This document shows, piece by piece, positions 25,601 to 40,256 of a stretch of 64,000 bases of DNA. Source of the stretch: Pecten maximus (Eukaryota). The position numbers and the translations under genes were made by a program. The notes beneath the pieces were generated by a model, which saw only the letters and a program-made list of their open reading frames with translations, ran no database searches and was not told the DNA's origin. The stretch lies in NCBI RefSeq assembly GCF_902652985.1, contig NC_047015.1, forward strand, positions 42,594,001-42,658,000, read 5' to 3'. Position 1 is the first letter of the stretch. Each line of letters opens with the position of its first letter.

Positions 25601-28600
25601 GTATATGTGCAGGGAATGGAATATTGCAGTTTGTGTCATTGTGCTGATCTCCTTTTAAGACAAAATCATGACGTGTTCATTTCATTGAAGACTTAAAGCA
25701 TTCGTTTCCACTGTAAATGCATGGATGCTGTAAACATTAGCGCATTAACAAATTTCAACAAGTTAGCGCAAGGATGACTGGGCGCATCCATAGTATTTGC
25801 CATTTAAATAATATATAAAAAGTGTTATCAGCGCATTCATAACCATGACAATGCTTCTTGCGCCACCCATCTTATCAACAACAATAACTGTTGTCCTCTT
25901 CAGTGTACTTTTACCATCGATTCCGTTACACATCTCTCTCCATATACCGCTAGCCATTTTTATAAAGTCGTCATTTTACTGGAGAAAGATAATGCATGTA
26001 GGAACAAAAGAAACATTTATTTTTGAATATTGCTCCTAACCGCCCCATTCTTTAATTTTTGTGATTTAATTACTAACTATAAATGTGTTACTTCTTTGTT
26101 TTTCCTTGTGTTCCCCGTTTTAGTTGTATGCCTGTCAACGAAGTGAAATTAATCTAGACATTGATGGTGCATTCCTGATGCTTGTAATGCTATATACGCG
26201 CCTAAACATGAAGATACCATACCACATAGTTAAAAACATAGAAAGCATGTTAAAGGATACAGGTCGCGGAATACGATCACGTCGTCTGTTTATACATCCC
26301 CAAAGAACGTAATCATTATTTAGCATGCCTACTTCTGGTTTACATGCACGTAGTTACAGATGGTAAAAGGCCCAGGAGACTATGTGTTTTATTCCAAATC
26401 GATTTGTTTAAACAGTTATTTACTGAAAGAGAAATATCCAAAACGAACTAAATCATATACAATTAACTTTGAGCGACGATAAAATATCCCTCGAGATACG
26501 GTAAGAATTCTTCTTTGTTATATTGCTGTAAATTACCGTGTAAGATCATAACCCTAGATCATAACCCTGGTACAATACTCTGGCTAGGTAAAAGAGTAGA
26601 TACAATTTCCAACATATAAATTTACACAAGGGTGCCTAACGAGCATTTCTCACGACGAGATATACTATCTATATATTATGACATTGTGTAGTTTTTATTT
26701 TCACTGCCAATCATTCAGCTTTTGCAAATTCAGCAAGGAGTAAACACATTAAAACGAACCCATAACGTAAAACCGATAAAACCAGGCAAACAGTTAAAAT
26801 ATAGATCTGCATAAAAACTTTGAAAAAGGACAAGAAGAATAGGCAGGGTAACCGGGTCTTTTATTTCATCCGGGTTATGTCATATTCTTAAAAATGAGAA
26901 CTAGTGTAGTGCCAATGTACTTGTAACAACGTCTGACGTCATTTTATACAAGAATGTACATAAATACTTATCTGAGACCATGATGGCGACCGTATACCTG
27001 TTCCCTTGTCTTCATTAGCCTACATCTCTGTTAGTATTCAACATATGTCACGGGAATCGTGATAATAGGAACAGGTCCCCGAATATCGAATCAGTTAGAA
27101 CATACAAATACCAAAGGTCCAGCAGAGATTTGCTATGTTACTATGTAGAAAAGTAAATTAACGATTGGGATGTTAAATTAACGTGATATATACGTATACG
27201 CAAAAATGGCATTTTGTAACGTGAGTTGGTTGTCATTTTACATTTACCTTCCCTTGTTATCTATTGAAAGACTCGTTATTTTTGGTATCTTAACACTGTA
27301 AAATTATGAAATTCGAAGATTCATCAGGTTGCTGGTTACCCTCATCAAGGCCTTATTCTCTCAACGGACCATCTGGTATCATCTTTATTTTTCAACCTAA
27401 TCTTGTAACAGTATGATAAATCGTTCTAGTCAGGGCTCAAAGCCGTACGTCATTGTTATTTCTCATAGTCAAATGTTCAGGGAAATTATTCAGAGGCATT
27501 TGATATGGGCTATGGGGAGCAGACCAAGTACCTCTAGTTCTGAACTGTCACCATTGAATTCGAGCCAGTCAACATACATTGTCAGTCGATTTATTCTTAT
27601 TTTTCATCACTTATATCAAAGGAAGAAACTAGAATAGGTTTATTGTATCTTTGTTGAGGGGAAGGAGAAGGCTAAGTCTACTTTGTCATCTCCTGAGAAT
27701 TTAAATTATATCGGAAATCTGTCAAACGAAAGTATACAATTTCACGTGTTAATGGATAGTATTGTATATTGCCAATGACAACTGAGAGCTATTTTTGTAT
27801 ACTCTTCCAGTACGAACTGTATACCTACCATGCATTTAATGTTGTTAGCCTAACCATAGCCATGCCTTCATATTTTGGTTCAGGAAGCCATTCATTGTTA
27901 TCTGAAAATAGATAAAATCAAAATAGTGTTGTGATTATTTGCTTATAGGTTTTAATGTCATTCAGTTTAATTGTCATATGGCAAACATTTAACTATAAAC
28001 ATTAACTGATTGATTTTAAATTGATTTCATTCAATATAATTGTATTTATTTAACAATTTACTCTCATGGCTTGATGGATGATTAGTTCGCTATCAACCTA
28101 TGGTCTATAAAACACCACACCATTGGCTTTCTGACCCGAGTTCGTGACCTCGCTATATATCTGTACGGAAACCGTGTGAATGATTGGAAGCAAATTCCTG
28201 TTTGTCTTTGACACGCGAACATAATGTTTTCTTGCAACAGGGACATTTACAACCTGGATGAATCAATATAGGAATGTTTTTTTGCATCTCATTTCACAAA
28301 ATAACACAATGTGTAAAAACTGGTCGGATTATCCAGAATGATACAAATTCTCGGGTGGAGATTTCTTGTCATACCCTCATAAAACGCAATAAGAGTTGGC
28401 GAAAATACCTGAAAAAGTGTCAAGAAGAATCTTCAATTATTGTCGCCAATTAGGCAGTTAAAGCCACTATTCAAGAACAAACCAAGTTTTCATGTATAGG
28501 TTAATAGCGATGCCCAATAATTGATGTCAAAGTTAAGATCGCTACTCTGAATATTAGCCAAGCCTAAAACACCTTGTTAACTTAACAATATCAGAAGCAA

Positions 28601-29814
28601 TCAAGTATAAAATGTACTGTTTATGTAACCAGCTATGTTTACTCGTCAGGGTTCTTGAGTCATTGTCGACAGTAAGTCCAGTTCTTATAGACAAATGTAA
28701 TAGACCATGGAACAAGCTTGGTTCCCCTTTTAAGATTCGTAGGCAAAGATTGCTAGTTAAGGCTAATATGTACAGAACGTGTCGATCTTACTCAGTCATC
28801 TGATCTCTTATTTGATAAATTTTGTTTTGTTAACAAATGACTTTCCATTAGAGTTACGAGGACAGACTTCCAATGAATAGCATGACCTACTGTTGAAGCA
28901 CGAGGTTGTTTATGTGATTTACATGGATACACGCGAGCATGTACATTTCCTCAATCATTGATGCCATAAAAACTGTACCACTATTGTACATCAGATATGA
29001 AACATCATACACAGCGACAAATTAAAACTTTGTCAGAAAACACCCCTTTTTTACAAACAAATATTTCATGTGCGGCGTTCAATAATACATTGGATTCACC
29101 AATTCATTGGGATCAGCTGATATCGGTGGCGGACATCAAGTGTATATACGTCTGATTAGCATTACTAACACACATAACAGAAAAAAAAAACCTTCATCAG
29201 GGGAACATGCTCCACAGCTCGCGCACCTCGCGTGCTTTGATGTTAAAACAATGTGTCGATAATGGATCGGACTACTTACCAGACCATACTATTCGTTAAT
29301 ATTGAAGGTAATCAAAACGAAAAACAAGAAGTCATGTTGAACATAACAGTTGAATGAGCCATCAGTACGCCGGCGGTGATCACGTTGTTTGGAGGTCAGT
29401 ACGATGGGTGTTAACAATTCATCAAGTGGATAAAACAAAGCACTGAAAGAAAGACAAGAAATTAAATAGTAACAATGGAAGCAGCAGATCATATTGATCT
29501 CTTCAAGTACGCATAAACCAAGGTTAAATCCCTTTGTTTGGCTATAAACACGTTCTCTATGTACTAAGTATCATAATGCAAAGTGAATGACATGTTCATA
29601 ATGAAGTCACGCTTGACAACAATATGAAAATTACACCGAGGACATATACTTTTTATATTGTTTGATAGACCTAGTTCGTTTTAAGATGTATATCATCGTA
29701 TACTCAGATGTTGACTTGATATTAGTGTCATGAAAAGCGAAAATATGTAATATTGACAATGTCAAAACCATACCGCCAAATGGAGCGATATCGCCAATGG
29801 AGGCAAAAGTGCCT

Positions 29815-31025
29815 AGTGTAGTGGTATTGTAAAGAGAAGTGGTATTGTATAGATAAGTGGTTTGTACAGAGATGTAGAATTGTAGAGAGAAGTGGTGATG
29901 AAATGAAAAGTAATATTTTAAAGAGAAGTGATATTTGAAAGGGAAGGGGTATTGTAAAGAGAAAGTGATACTGTAAAGAGGAGTGATATTGTGAAGAGAA
30001 CTGGTATTGAAACGAAAAGGGTTTTCTAAAGTGGTATTGTAAAATAAGTGAGAGTGACAAAAAAAATGATATTGTAAAGAGAACTGATACTATAATGAAA
30101 TCTGATATCGTCAAATAAAGCATTACTGTCAAGAAAAGTAGTTTGTAACGAGAAGCGGTAATGTAAAGAAAAGTGTAATTGTAAAAAATGGTATTGTAAA
30201 GGGAAGAGCTGTTGTAAAAATAAGTGGTTTGTAAGGAAAAGTAGTATTATAAAGAATTATTGTACAGATAAGTGGTATTGTAATAGGAAGTGATATTATA
30301 AAGAGAAGTTGTATCGTAAAGAGAAGTGGATTTTAAAGAGAGAAGGGGATATTCTTAAGAGAATTGGTTTGTAACAAGAAGCGGTAAAGTAAAGAAAGAT
30401 AAATGGTATTGTAAAGGGATATGGTATTGAAAATGGAAACGGTATTGTAAAGAGAAGTGGATTTTAAAGAGAATGGGTATTCTAAAGAGAATGTGTTTGT
30501 AAACAAGAAGCGGTAATGTCACGAAAATTGATTTGGTCCAGCGAATCTGCATTGAAAAGAAAAGTGATATTGTTTAAACAAGTCATTTCATAAAGAAAAT
30601 TGATATTGGAAAGAGAAATGGCATTGTAAAGGGAAGAGGCATTGTGAATATAAACGGTAGAGAAGTGGTATTGAACAGAGATGAGATTTTTAGCACGAAA
30701 AGGAGATTCAAAGAAAAGTGATATTGTAAAGAGCGGTGGTATTGTAAAGAGAAGATGTGTTGTAAAGATAAGTGATATTGTAAAGAGAGGCGGTTTGTAA
30801 CGAAAAGTGGTATTTCAAAGAGAAATTTCATTGTGCAGAGAAACAGTATTTTAAAGGGAAGTGATATCATAATGAGAGGTGATACTGTAAAGAGAAGCGG
30901 CATTGTATAGAAAAGTGATATTATTTAAACAAGTGATTTCATAAAGAAAACTGATATTGGAAAGAAAAGTGGCATTGTAAAGGGAAGAGGCATTGCAAAG
31001 AAAGGTGATGTAAAGATGGTATAAA
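29815..31025. repeat. Degenerate 18-bp minisatellite (gtggtattgtaaagagaa)n, ~1.2 kb
   Basis: The unit recurs throughout, and minus-strand ORFs show the 6-aa echo FSLQYH. Higher-order duplication ~30549-30645 vs ~30900-30996. Confidence 0.93.
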
Positions 31026-34000
31026 AAGTCACTGTCATATAGGTAAGGCATCATAAGTATAATCAATCAATGAACGGGAAAATATGGCTCTATCAACCAA
31101 GATATATACTACTAGATAAAAACAGCAATACTGCTGAATAAGACAAACATTGCAACACGTTAACAAAAGTGCTAACCTAATTAAATACCGTAGAGCTACA
31201 ATAATAAAAACTATCTATATATAGTAACAAAATCGAAATTTTTGAATTTAATTTTCAGAGATTGACTGGCTCATTACTCTGTAACAGAAACCTCACGAAC
31301 CGATTATCTCATGTGTATATTTATAGCCCCAATGGTATAAAATTTTCAAAGACATGACAGTTTTTATAATTTGTTTACCCCAATCTGTAATTACACGTGT
31401 ATCAATTATATAGTTCTTCCTCGGAGATAAAGATTACATGATTAAATTAAGACATATTTAACACCCTTCATGTGTTGCATTCATACTAGGGCTAGAATGC
31501 TTTGTCGAAATCACTTTATCAGAACACTTTAATCTTTTTATCAGTATGAAAATATATATGTTACCTTTTTTTAAAAAAATTGCTGTAGTTTTGCTGATAA
31601 GATTAGATATGCACATTTAAAATTCCTTTTTATGTAACTGATTGGTATATGTAATTAATACACAACATTAAAGTACTACAGAACGTGATTTTTCAGTAAC
31701 TTGCAGTACTCTCAGGTACACAAAATAAATAGACATTTACAGCGTACATACACCTACATGTACGTTGAACCGAAGTCAACATGTATAACTTGGTGAGACT
31801 AGGCGGTGAAAAGTGCTGTTTGACTGATCATCTGCCTGATGAAGCTGGCAGAGGGCGCACCATGCCAGTCCCTGGCACAAATCTCAATAGTTATTCTTGT
31901 ACTTTGGAACTAGAACAGAAAACTAATATACAGAATATCATTGCATGTGGTAGGGTGCACCTTGATGTGGGGCCCTCTGGTAGAATCTGTGATGTGCATG
32001 TTCTGTCTAAGAGACACGAGAGAACTCAATAATTCGGCCTGTTTTATCTACGTGCATGTTGATCTCTGAGACGACTAAAGTATAACCCCTTGTTAAGACT
32101 TCCTTTACTTCAAGAATATTGAAGAAATCATACATTTTCTTTCACCAAATTTCACCTCTTCTTTTCACCCTACCCTTTATCTGTATGATCTTCTTTTCCG
32201 CGATTTGTTTTTTGTCTTCGGTTTCACCGCAATGCCTGCTTGTCTCTATCATAAAAAATCACATGACTGTGTTCTTATTTCGAGATCACACAGGCAATCA
32301 GTGAGGTTATAGTAAAATGTGTCAAATGATAATGAGCTCGTGTTAAGCTCAGTTTCTGAATTTCTTATATAGTTCTTCTTAATTTGAATTGTTTCTATTC
32401 TATTACTTTTAAATGTAGAACTCTTTATTTTAATTTTAGCAGTTACAAAATTATTATTGTTATAATTTTCCCTTGGGATATGCTCTACATTAATAGATGA
32501 TCAAGCCTTCGTCACTTGAAAAGGTTCCTAACGCGGACACCCCTTATCTACAAAGAATTACGCAGGCTGATTTCTGAAATTTTAAAAAGAAAACATTTTT
32601 TCTTTATTTTTTTTTCAAAACAAACTTCGATTAAGACAAACTATGTAAAGTATACTGGACCCACTTTATCATTCAAGCTTAAGGGGAATCCTGCAGGCGA
32701 AATTAAACGGCGAAGGCATATTTATTATACACTTCTTTACATATAGTGTACACTTCCAAGTTAAACCTATAACACATATACGCCCCTCTTTTCCAAACGA
32801 ATTCACCGCCTAACATCACATCATCTACGGTTCTTACTTCAACTAAGCCTCTCCAATAGCTTTTCATGTGTGGGAGGGATTGGTCAACGTCAACAAATAC
32901 AGCAGGAAACTGAGTATTGTGTCTCATCATATATATATATGCCTGGAATTAAGATATATACTTTTCCGTTAGACATATTTTGTTCTCATTTAAAAGTCAT
33001 GGCAGGTATTCCAAGAAGGAATTCCATAACGTAACCCATGAACAATATATAGAAAGACTGTACCCCTTTCGGTATAAGGGAGATGCCTTTGAAATGTTTA
33101 CATCCTTTGATATCTGTATTCATATCTGAGCTGTTCCATTTCGAATATCAAGACTCTTTGGATATTTTTGGGACGCCAACAACACAGCAGAGGAAATGTG
33201 CATATTATATTTGTCAAAAAAACATATATGACCTGAAAAATAACCTTGCACATCAATATAATTTGAAAAAATCAATATTATGCAAATATCGGCCTGTTTT
33301 AAGGGGTTGATCTACTATTTGAGCAAAGTGAGAATTTTTACAAATCGGCAAGTAAAGGAAAATATAAAAGACACAGTCATATGATAAAACTGTTTATTAG
33401 TAAAATAAGTAATAAATGATGTTGACGTAATCTTAAGCAAATACAAACTACATAATTCAATACTTGCGTTGTTGCGCGGCATGACGCCGCGAATTCGATA
33501 CTTTATCAAGGAAGCTGACGCTTGCGGGAAATTCCGAGGCAATTTCCGGTTTGTTGCACAATAATTGCAGATGTCTCATTCTGATATACAAAATATTATA
33601 CAATGTTCTATTTAATAACAAAGAAATATGTGAAACTAAATATGTAAATCGCTTTATGGGTCATTGTACGAAATGGGACTGTACCTGAAAACCCTCTCGT
33701 TAACGTTACAGTTATGAGCAAACTGGCTTTTAACAATATTAGTTTCCAGCATCGCCATCTGATTATATTACGAGATGTTACCGATATAACGCTGAAATTG
33801 CCAACTAATATAACTTATGCAAACAATTATAACACAGTGTAAACAGAACTGGAAATCTAAGTCAATATTGTACGAGAACCTATGTGAAAGTATCAATTTG
33901 ATCTTTTCAAGCCGTTGACCTGTCGAAAAACAAGGTAAACTACATCATCTACATGTGTTATTACAATACCAGTATTATAAGTACCAATTATCTCTCTCCA

Positions 34001-36527
34001 CCCAACCGCACGGGACACTAGCCGACGCGGATACGCATCTTTCAAATGAATGCTTGGACCATAATATGAGTTTCGACGAGGTTGTTGTAAGTACATTCCG
34101 AGACAAACCCATGTGCTGCAATATCCAAACCATGTCGTTGTAATACCGCGTGTGTCATTAGCCATACATTCGGCGGTACACTTGTTGCATCGATCTGGCA
34201 ATACAGGAAGCATCCATATAATCTTACGCGATTAAATCCAGATACAATCTACGGTGAAATCTCGAGAACAATTCATTATTCATACGGTAGGAGAGCCAGG
34301 AAAACCTATCTACATACATGAACATTGGGTGAAAACACGCTATTCGAAATGGAGAATTTATTCTATGCATTTCTATAAAACAATCATACAAGAGCTTACT
34401 TTCTGTCTTTTAACATTCCATGCTGTCATTTGTCTTTACATCGGATGTAATAACAGGATATTGCATATGTCATATATTTATTGAATTACGTTAGTGTCTT
34501 TGAGACACGAGAGGAAATTGTGCAGCAAACAGCTTCTGCCTCTCACTAACATTCATGTATGATTCATATATATATTTTTTAAAATTGTTTCTATCTTGAT
34601 AATTCTATAGATGTACATATAAGAAAACGTGGGGCAGAAAGATAGTTAGGAGTATATCCATTTCCATGCATTGCGAACAAATGGTGAAAAGTATGCCCGA
34701 GAGTGAGGAAGTATATTTTTGCGAAATATTTCCACCTGACATATACTGTATGAAGTAAAGTAATAAAACTTTATTAAAACTTTTTGGTTTAGTGTTATTC
34801 AAAGGAAATTCTAACATACGCCATATATCCGTGATCAGAATGACGACAATAACGAAAACTGTACCAAATGCATATATCCTCACAAATCTTTTTCGGACAA
34901 ATACATTTTATCACCTAATCAGCCTGTTATCCAGTGTTATGCAATATTTTTGCGTATATTTCACTATTTTGATATGTCCTGGAGTGTTTTTCATTGGCTG
35001 CGCCAGTCAAAAATTGATTGTGACGTCATACAGTGGACAATGACGTTATGTTATGAACATGGCACAAAAAAACAGCTGCTACATTCGATTTTCCCTTCAG
35101 AATTTGACTTTAGAACCTGCCAATTTTTTTCCCTGAATATTGGTGTTGAAAGGACCTTACATTTGTCACTATCACAAAGTCTTAAGATCCTATATTTTAA
35201 GTTGTTCTAATGTCCACGAAATCTGGAATTTGTCATTAAAGGTGAGTATATAAAGTACAAACGAGATCCAACGTAGTGCATTACAAACCACTTAAAAGTG
35301 AATTTGACTTTTAAAAGGTATCGCATTGTAAATGACATAAAATGCTGCTGACAAGTTCACTATGACAGACAACAGCTCCACGCTTGTTATCCGAGGCGCC
35401 AGTGCTGCCAATACGAACTTGTAGAAGAGCCCTCTCACTAAGTTGCGATAGACCGATTTCAGGTTTCTATGGAAACTGCTTGTTTAGAGATGAACCTCTT
35501 TATATGCTGGAACAAAGTATTTGCAGATCTTAGAGATAAGAATAACATGGTTTGAGAATAATTGACGTTTAAAATTAAGATTTGAGAGTAACTGACGTTC
35601 TATCCGTGGATAAGATGTGAATGCAGATTTAATCTTTATCGAAGATGGTAATTAGCTCACAGAGTCGCTTTATATTCATATAAACATATCGTATTGTTCT
35701 ATCACACTGATGAAGGGTCAGTATGGAAGGTATTCATCATCTTTTGGATCAAAAACATTTTTTTTATATTTGCCTTGTGGAAAAGCATGAAATTCATCAA
35801 GCACCAATTAACATAAAGCGACGATTTTTCAGAATATTGACCCATAAATCATTCAACTGACAAAATATTGAGATATCAGTATGGTCTAACACTATGATCC
35901 CAGTAACAAAATATCTTCTGTTCATCTTTTAAAAGTAGTTTATTACTAAAATATCAATTAAATATTATCAATCTTATCTTAACCAGAAAATGTAGCGATA
36001 TTCTAATTCATATATCTGTTATTGAGCTGATAGGTAGTGTCCAAATTGAAAGATATTTTTATTTAAACTACCTGTGAGTATCGGACGATTCCTAATTTTG
36101 AGAAGCCGGTCTTGAGTCGCTAGTTATAATGGCCTTACTATGATATAAATACTGAAATGTTTGCTTTCTTGTATGAAGATTTTTCAATATTGAGCGTGAT
36201 AAAATGTTTTTTATTTTATCTCAAGCTATCGAAAACGCGAACAAAACGTTTGTCTGGCAAAAAAGAAAACAGTATACGAGAGCTGATTGCTAAGTTGTGA
36301 GTCTCATATTGAAGGATTTGAATTTTACCGGACATATTGTATTGTTTTCCAATATAATCCCCTTCAGAATATATACACTTTTGCAAGCGGTGTTTAAGGG
36401 CCGCAATGCCACTTTCATAGAACTCCTTTTCTTGGCTGTTCAGAAACTCATATACTGCATGTATGGGTAAGAGTTAGTGTTAGGGTGCCTGAAATAGCTG
36501 TTTGTAGTTTTGGAAATAGATGAAAGA

Positions 36528-36633
36528 CTGGTGCCGACTTTATAGTGGTACCTCACTGAAGCATACTGCCGAAGTGGACACCTTACAGGACTCCCCACCC
36601 GATCACATTTTACTGACAACGGGCGAACCTAGT
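36528..36633 (-). mobile_element. Meta-SINE-like core fragment
   Basis: Reverse complement reads actaggttcgcccgttgtcagtaaaatgtgatcgggtgggg...ttcggcagtatgcttcagtgaggtaccactataaag, resembling the Meta central domain; overlaps in homology with 8352-8396. Confidence 0.65.
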
Positions 36634-39600
36634 GATGTCTTTTAATTTGAATATGTACAAACTGTATATAAAAAAGGATAGAAGGTTTATATGCCTTATC
36701 TACATGATCTCGCTCCATCAGTTCCCCGCTATCACAAGGAGACAAACATCAATATGCCGCAGCCTCCAAAACACACATATTCACCACGCGCAGATATCCT
36801 TAAAATACCTTACGTGTTGACAATGCAAACCCCAAACAAACTAACTGCTTTGGTAGGACAGATTTTACCTGTATTCAATACTCTTTAATGTGTAATGATA
36901 TAACATACCTATTTGGTGATATACATTATGTTTGATACAGTTTTTTAAATCAAGGAGGACTTAATTGATAGAATGTAACAGACTAAATTGCATTGGTCTT
37001 ATTGCATTTTAACCAGTCTTTTGGTATCTGTCAATTTAGACGAATTATATGCCATCCTCTACACTAGGAAGTCTAAGACCTTTTAACATTTAAGCATGAA
37101 AATAAACTTAATAGTCTTACATATATATTCAGCGAATTCAGTTTCGAAAGCGTCACACAAATCAGATTATTATCTTTTTTAAGGAAAGGGACTAAAACAT
37201 ATCTGAGTGGCTACCATTGAAGGTTATCGCCTATCAATCATATGGTCTTTTTATGGATATTAATTTAACTTCAAGGTGATATTTAATTACAGAGATATGC
37301 GTATGATTTATTTTTTCTGGAAAGTGACGGACTGCCGAGAAAATAAGGTCATGGCCTGATTTCTGATTGCCTTGTATACGTGTCTACGATAATCAAGGTT
37401 TCCATGACAAATATCACCGATAGCCTCCTGGCGTAGGACTTGAGAACATGTTCCTTTCCCAGACACCTAATTCTAATATCGTATTTTTGTTGGGCTTGGT
37501 GTTTTACCAAGTTATTTTCCCTTGGATCTCGTCCTTTTGGAACCAATTTTGTAAGTAAAATTTAATTTCTTTACTTAATTTCATTACTGTAGCTTTTTAG
37601 GATAATTCAGTTTCAGACCAGCATGTCGGTTCTGTTTATAATTTTTATACAGGAATAAAACATATAATGGAGTGAAATGATTAATGAACGTAATTTGGCT
37701 AAAATTGTAGGGAATGAGATTTACTGGAATGGATATTGATTAAAAGTTTTCAAAATCAGCATTTGGAATTGACACATTTCACATATCCAGATATTGATTT
37801 GATGGTGAAAATTCGCCCTGTTAACATTCGCCTGTTTACGTGTAATGAACGTAGGTGTTTCTTAAAAGGCTCTCTTCTTCAAGATTAAGAAACTGACAGT
37901 ATCTAACAATGCCGAATAAAAAAGGACCCAAGCAATTCAGACTTCATGTAACGTTTATTAAATGAAGTAGAAGCAAGATACATAGATATATGTAGTACAG
38001 TGTAGTAACTATGCTATACAACACTGGCAACTGGTTATATATTGGTTAACAGCGAGACAGTACCATCTAACTTTAAACATAGTAACATTACATGGTTTTC
38101 TTGATAGCTACCCTGCATATTATGGAAAATGATAAATATTAGGTGATGTGGTCCTCGGACAGTTTTCGGTCAGTTTGGAAGTATTTAGCACATTTCCTTT
38201 CGAACTGAAGATAACACACATTAGAAGAGAATTATAACTGTCAAAACATTTAACATAAAGCATATTGCGGTTTTTCCGTATAAGATCATGGTAATCAGTG
38301 CTCAATAAATGTAGAGCATAACGACACTGCGCGAGATGAAATTACCCTTGGGTAAAAATCAGTTAGTTCATTAAATACCTTCAAACATGTCCAAAATCTC
38401 GTTTTACGTTTGAAAATGTGCTTGTTTTCAAGATATTCATTTTTCAATTAATAGATAAAAATACCAAGAAAGTATAACAGTTTACCCAGTGACACATCAG
38501 GCGAGATAACAAGTGCATTACGTCTGAAAAATAGGTCAATGACCTGATTACAAGAACCATCTACCATCGTACGTCCAACCAATTATCATTCTAACAGTGC
38601 TGGTGGTATTTTTCTCTAGCGGCGTCGCAGATCTCATACCTAAAATGTACTTTGGGTTGTCTCCCGTTGACCTGTTGCCGTACTCTCTTGGTTGTCACCA
38701 TTATTCTGGTGCCACATAGGCAGCATCGTGTTGTTTTAACGAGTCCCTACTGAAGGCGATATGACTGGACTGACCCCGATTAAAACCTAACTAAGTTTTC
38801 GTGTCTGACTGCAGGAATTAAACTGTTTCTCAGAAGACAAATAATTAGTTAATGTGTCTGGCAAATAGGTTTGTCTTAGGTTTTTTTTTTTTTTTTTAGA
38901 CATTTTCAAATGAATTGTGAAGTTAATTTTGCCGTACGTTTTGCCGTTCATTAGATCATGCGATGCAACTATAAACAATTATAAGATATTTAAGACAGGA
39001 TATTTTATATGTCCGTATATGTAAAACTTACGTTGTAGACATTTCATCTTCTATCACGATCAAAATTCTTATTTACGAGGTCCTCCCATTAAATACAGAC
39101 CCAAATAACCACTGACATTCACACCTTCTTTTTTATCATCTATTTTGTTCTTAAGTATTTATAAATAGTTGGCTTATGGCTAATATTCTTAAATAATAGG
39201 TTAATAGGTTAAGATTAATTAACTTAACCTCTCTAGTTACAAAATAAAGCGTCATTCAATTTTCATGATACATATGTATATTCATTGTAAGTATATATTG
39301 TAGCGGTAACATATAACTAGTTTTAAGTTTATAGTAATCGTATTTTGTGTGTAACACGTACGCATTTGAAGATCATTTTTGGATAATTTGGTAACATCCT
39401 TTTCAGCATTGATTTTTATCTTTGTTTCACAGTAAATTAGATAGATATATACATTTATTTGATCGTTATGTAAGGAAGTGAATTTTGTTTAACTGAATAC
39501 GTGTATCGTTCGGACGACTACGAATTGATTACAATAATCTAAGTTAGAATTAGATTTTGCATCAGCTCTACAAAATAATAAAAACTGAAAAAGTAACATA

Positions 39601-40024
39601 TAGATATTCAACGGAACTGTGAATCTATACCGAAACCTGCCCTTATTAGGCGGAGAATATGTCCTAAAAGAATGATCCCAGACCTATTGAACACTGCCTG
39701 ATGAGAACGGAGACAGATGGACTTGTGTAGTGATGTATGATCTCGGTAACCACGGTTCGTATTTGATGTCCAATTAGTAGAGTAAAAGCTAGTGGGTATT
39801 GATCTAAATGCCGAATGTCATCACATATCATGATTAAACGCAAGTTAGATAGTGGAAAGTGTTAAAATCACGAACACCAGCACAATATAGCCATTGTAGA
39901 TCACTTGTGCGAATAGGGCAAGTAATTGTTTTCCGGCTCATTTTGGTATGTCTGTTAATTGTTTTAATACAATATATCAGTTAATGTACGAGTGTTTCTT
40001 GCATACATTGCGTGATTATTAAAC

Positions 40025-40256
40025 TTTGGTTTGTTTGTTTGGTTTGTTTTTGTTTAACGTCCTATTAACAGCCAGGGTCATTTAAGGACGTGCCAGGTTT
40101 TGGAGGTGGAGGAATGCCGGAGTACCCGGAGAAAAACCACCGGCCTACGGTCAGTACCTGGCAACTGCCCCACGTAGGTTTCGAACTCGCAACCCAGAGG
40201 TGGAGGGCTAGTGATAAAGTGTCGGGACACCTTAACCACTCGACCACCGCGGCCCC
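40025..40256 (-). mobile_element. tRNA-derived V-SINE, copy 2, full length with target-site duplication
   Basis: Starts GGGGCCGCGG; A box TGGTCGAGTGG; B box GTTCGAAAC; V core; (CAAA)n tail. Perfect 9-bp direct repeat TTATTAAAC at 40016-40024 and 40257-40265. Confidence 0.95.

Noticed and set aside
29728-31066. Minus-strand ORFs with FSLQYH repeats
   Set aside because: By-products of the 18-bp array.
35705-35730. CTGATGA boxes as hammerhead ribozymes (also ~1622, ~31836, ~39698)
   Set aside because: No stem II followed by GAAA at the required position.
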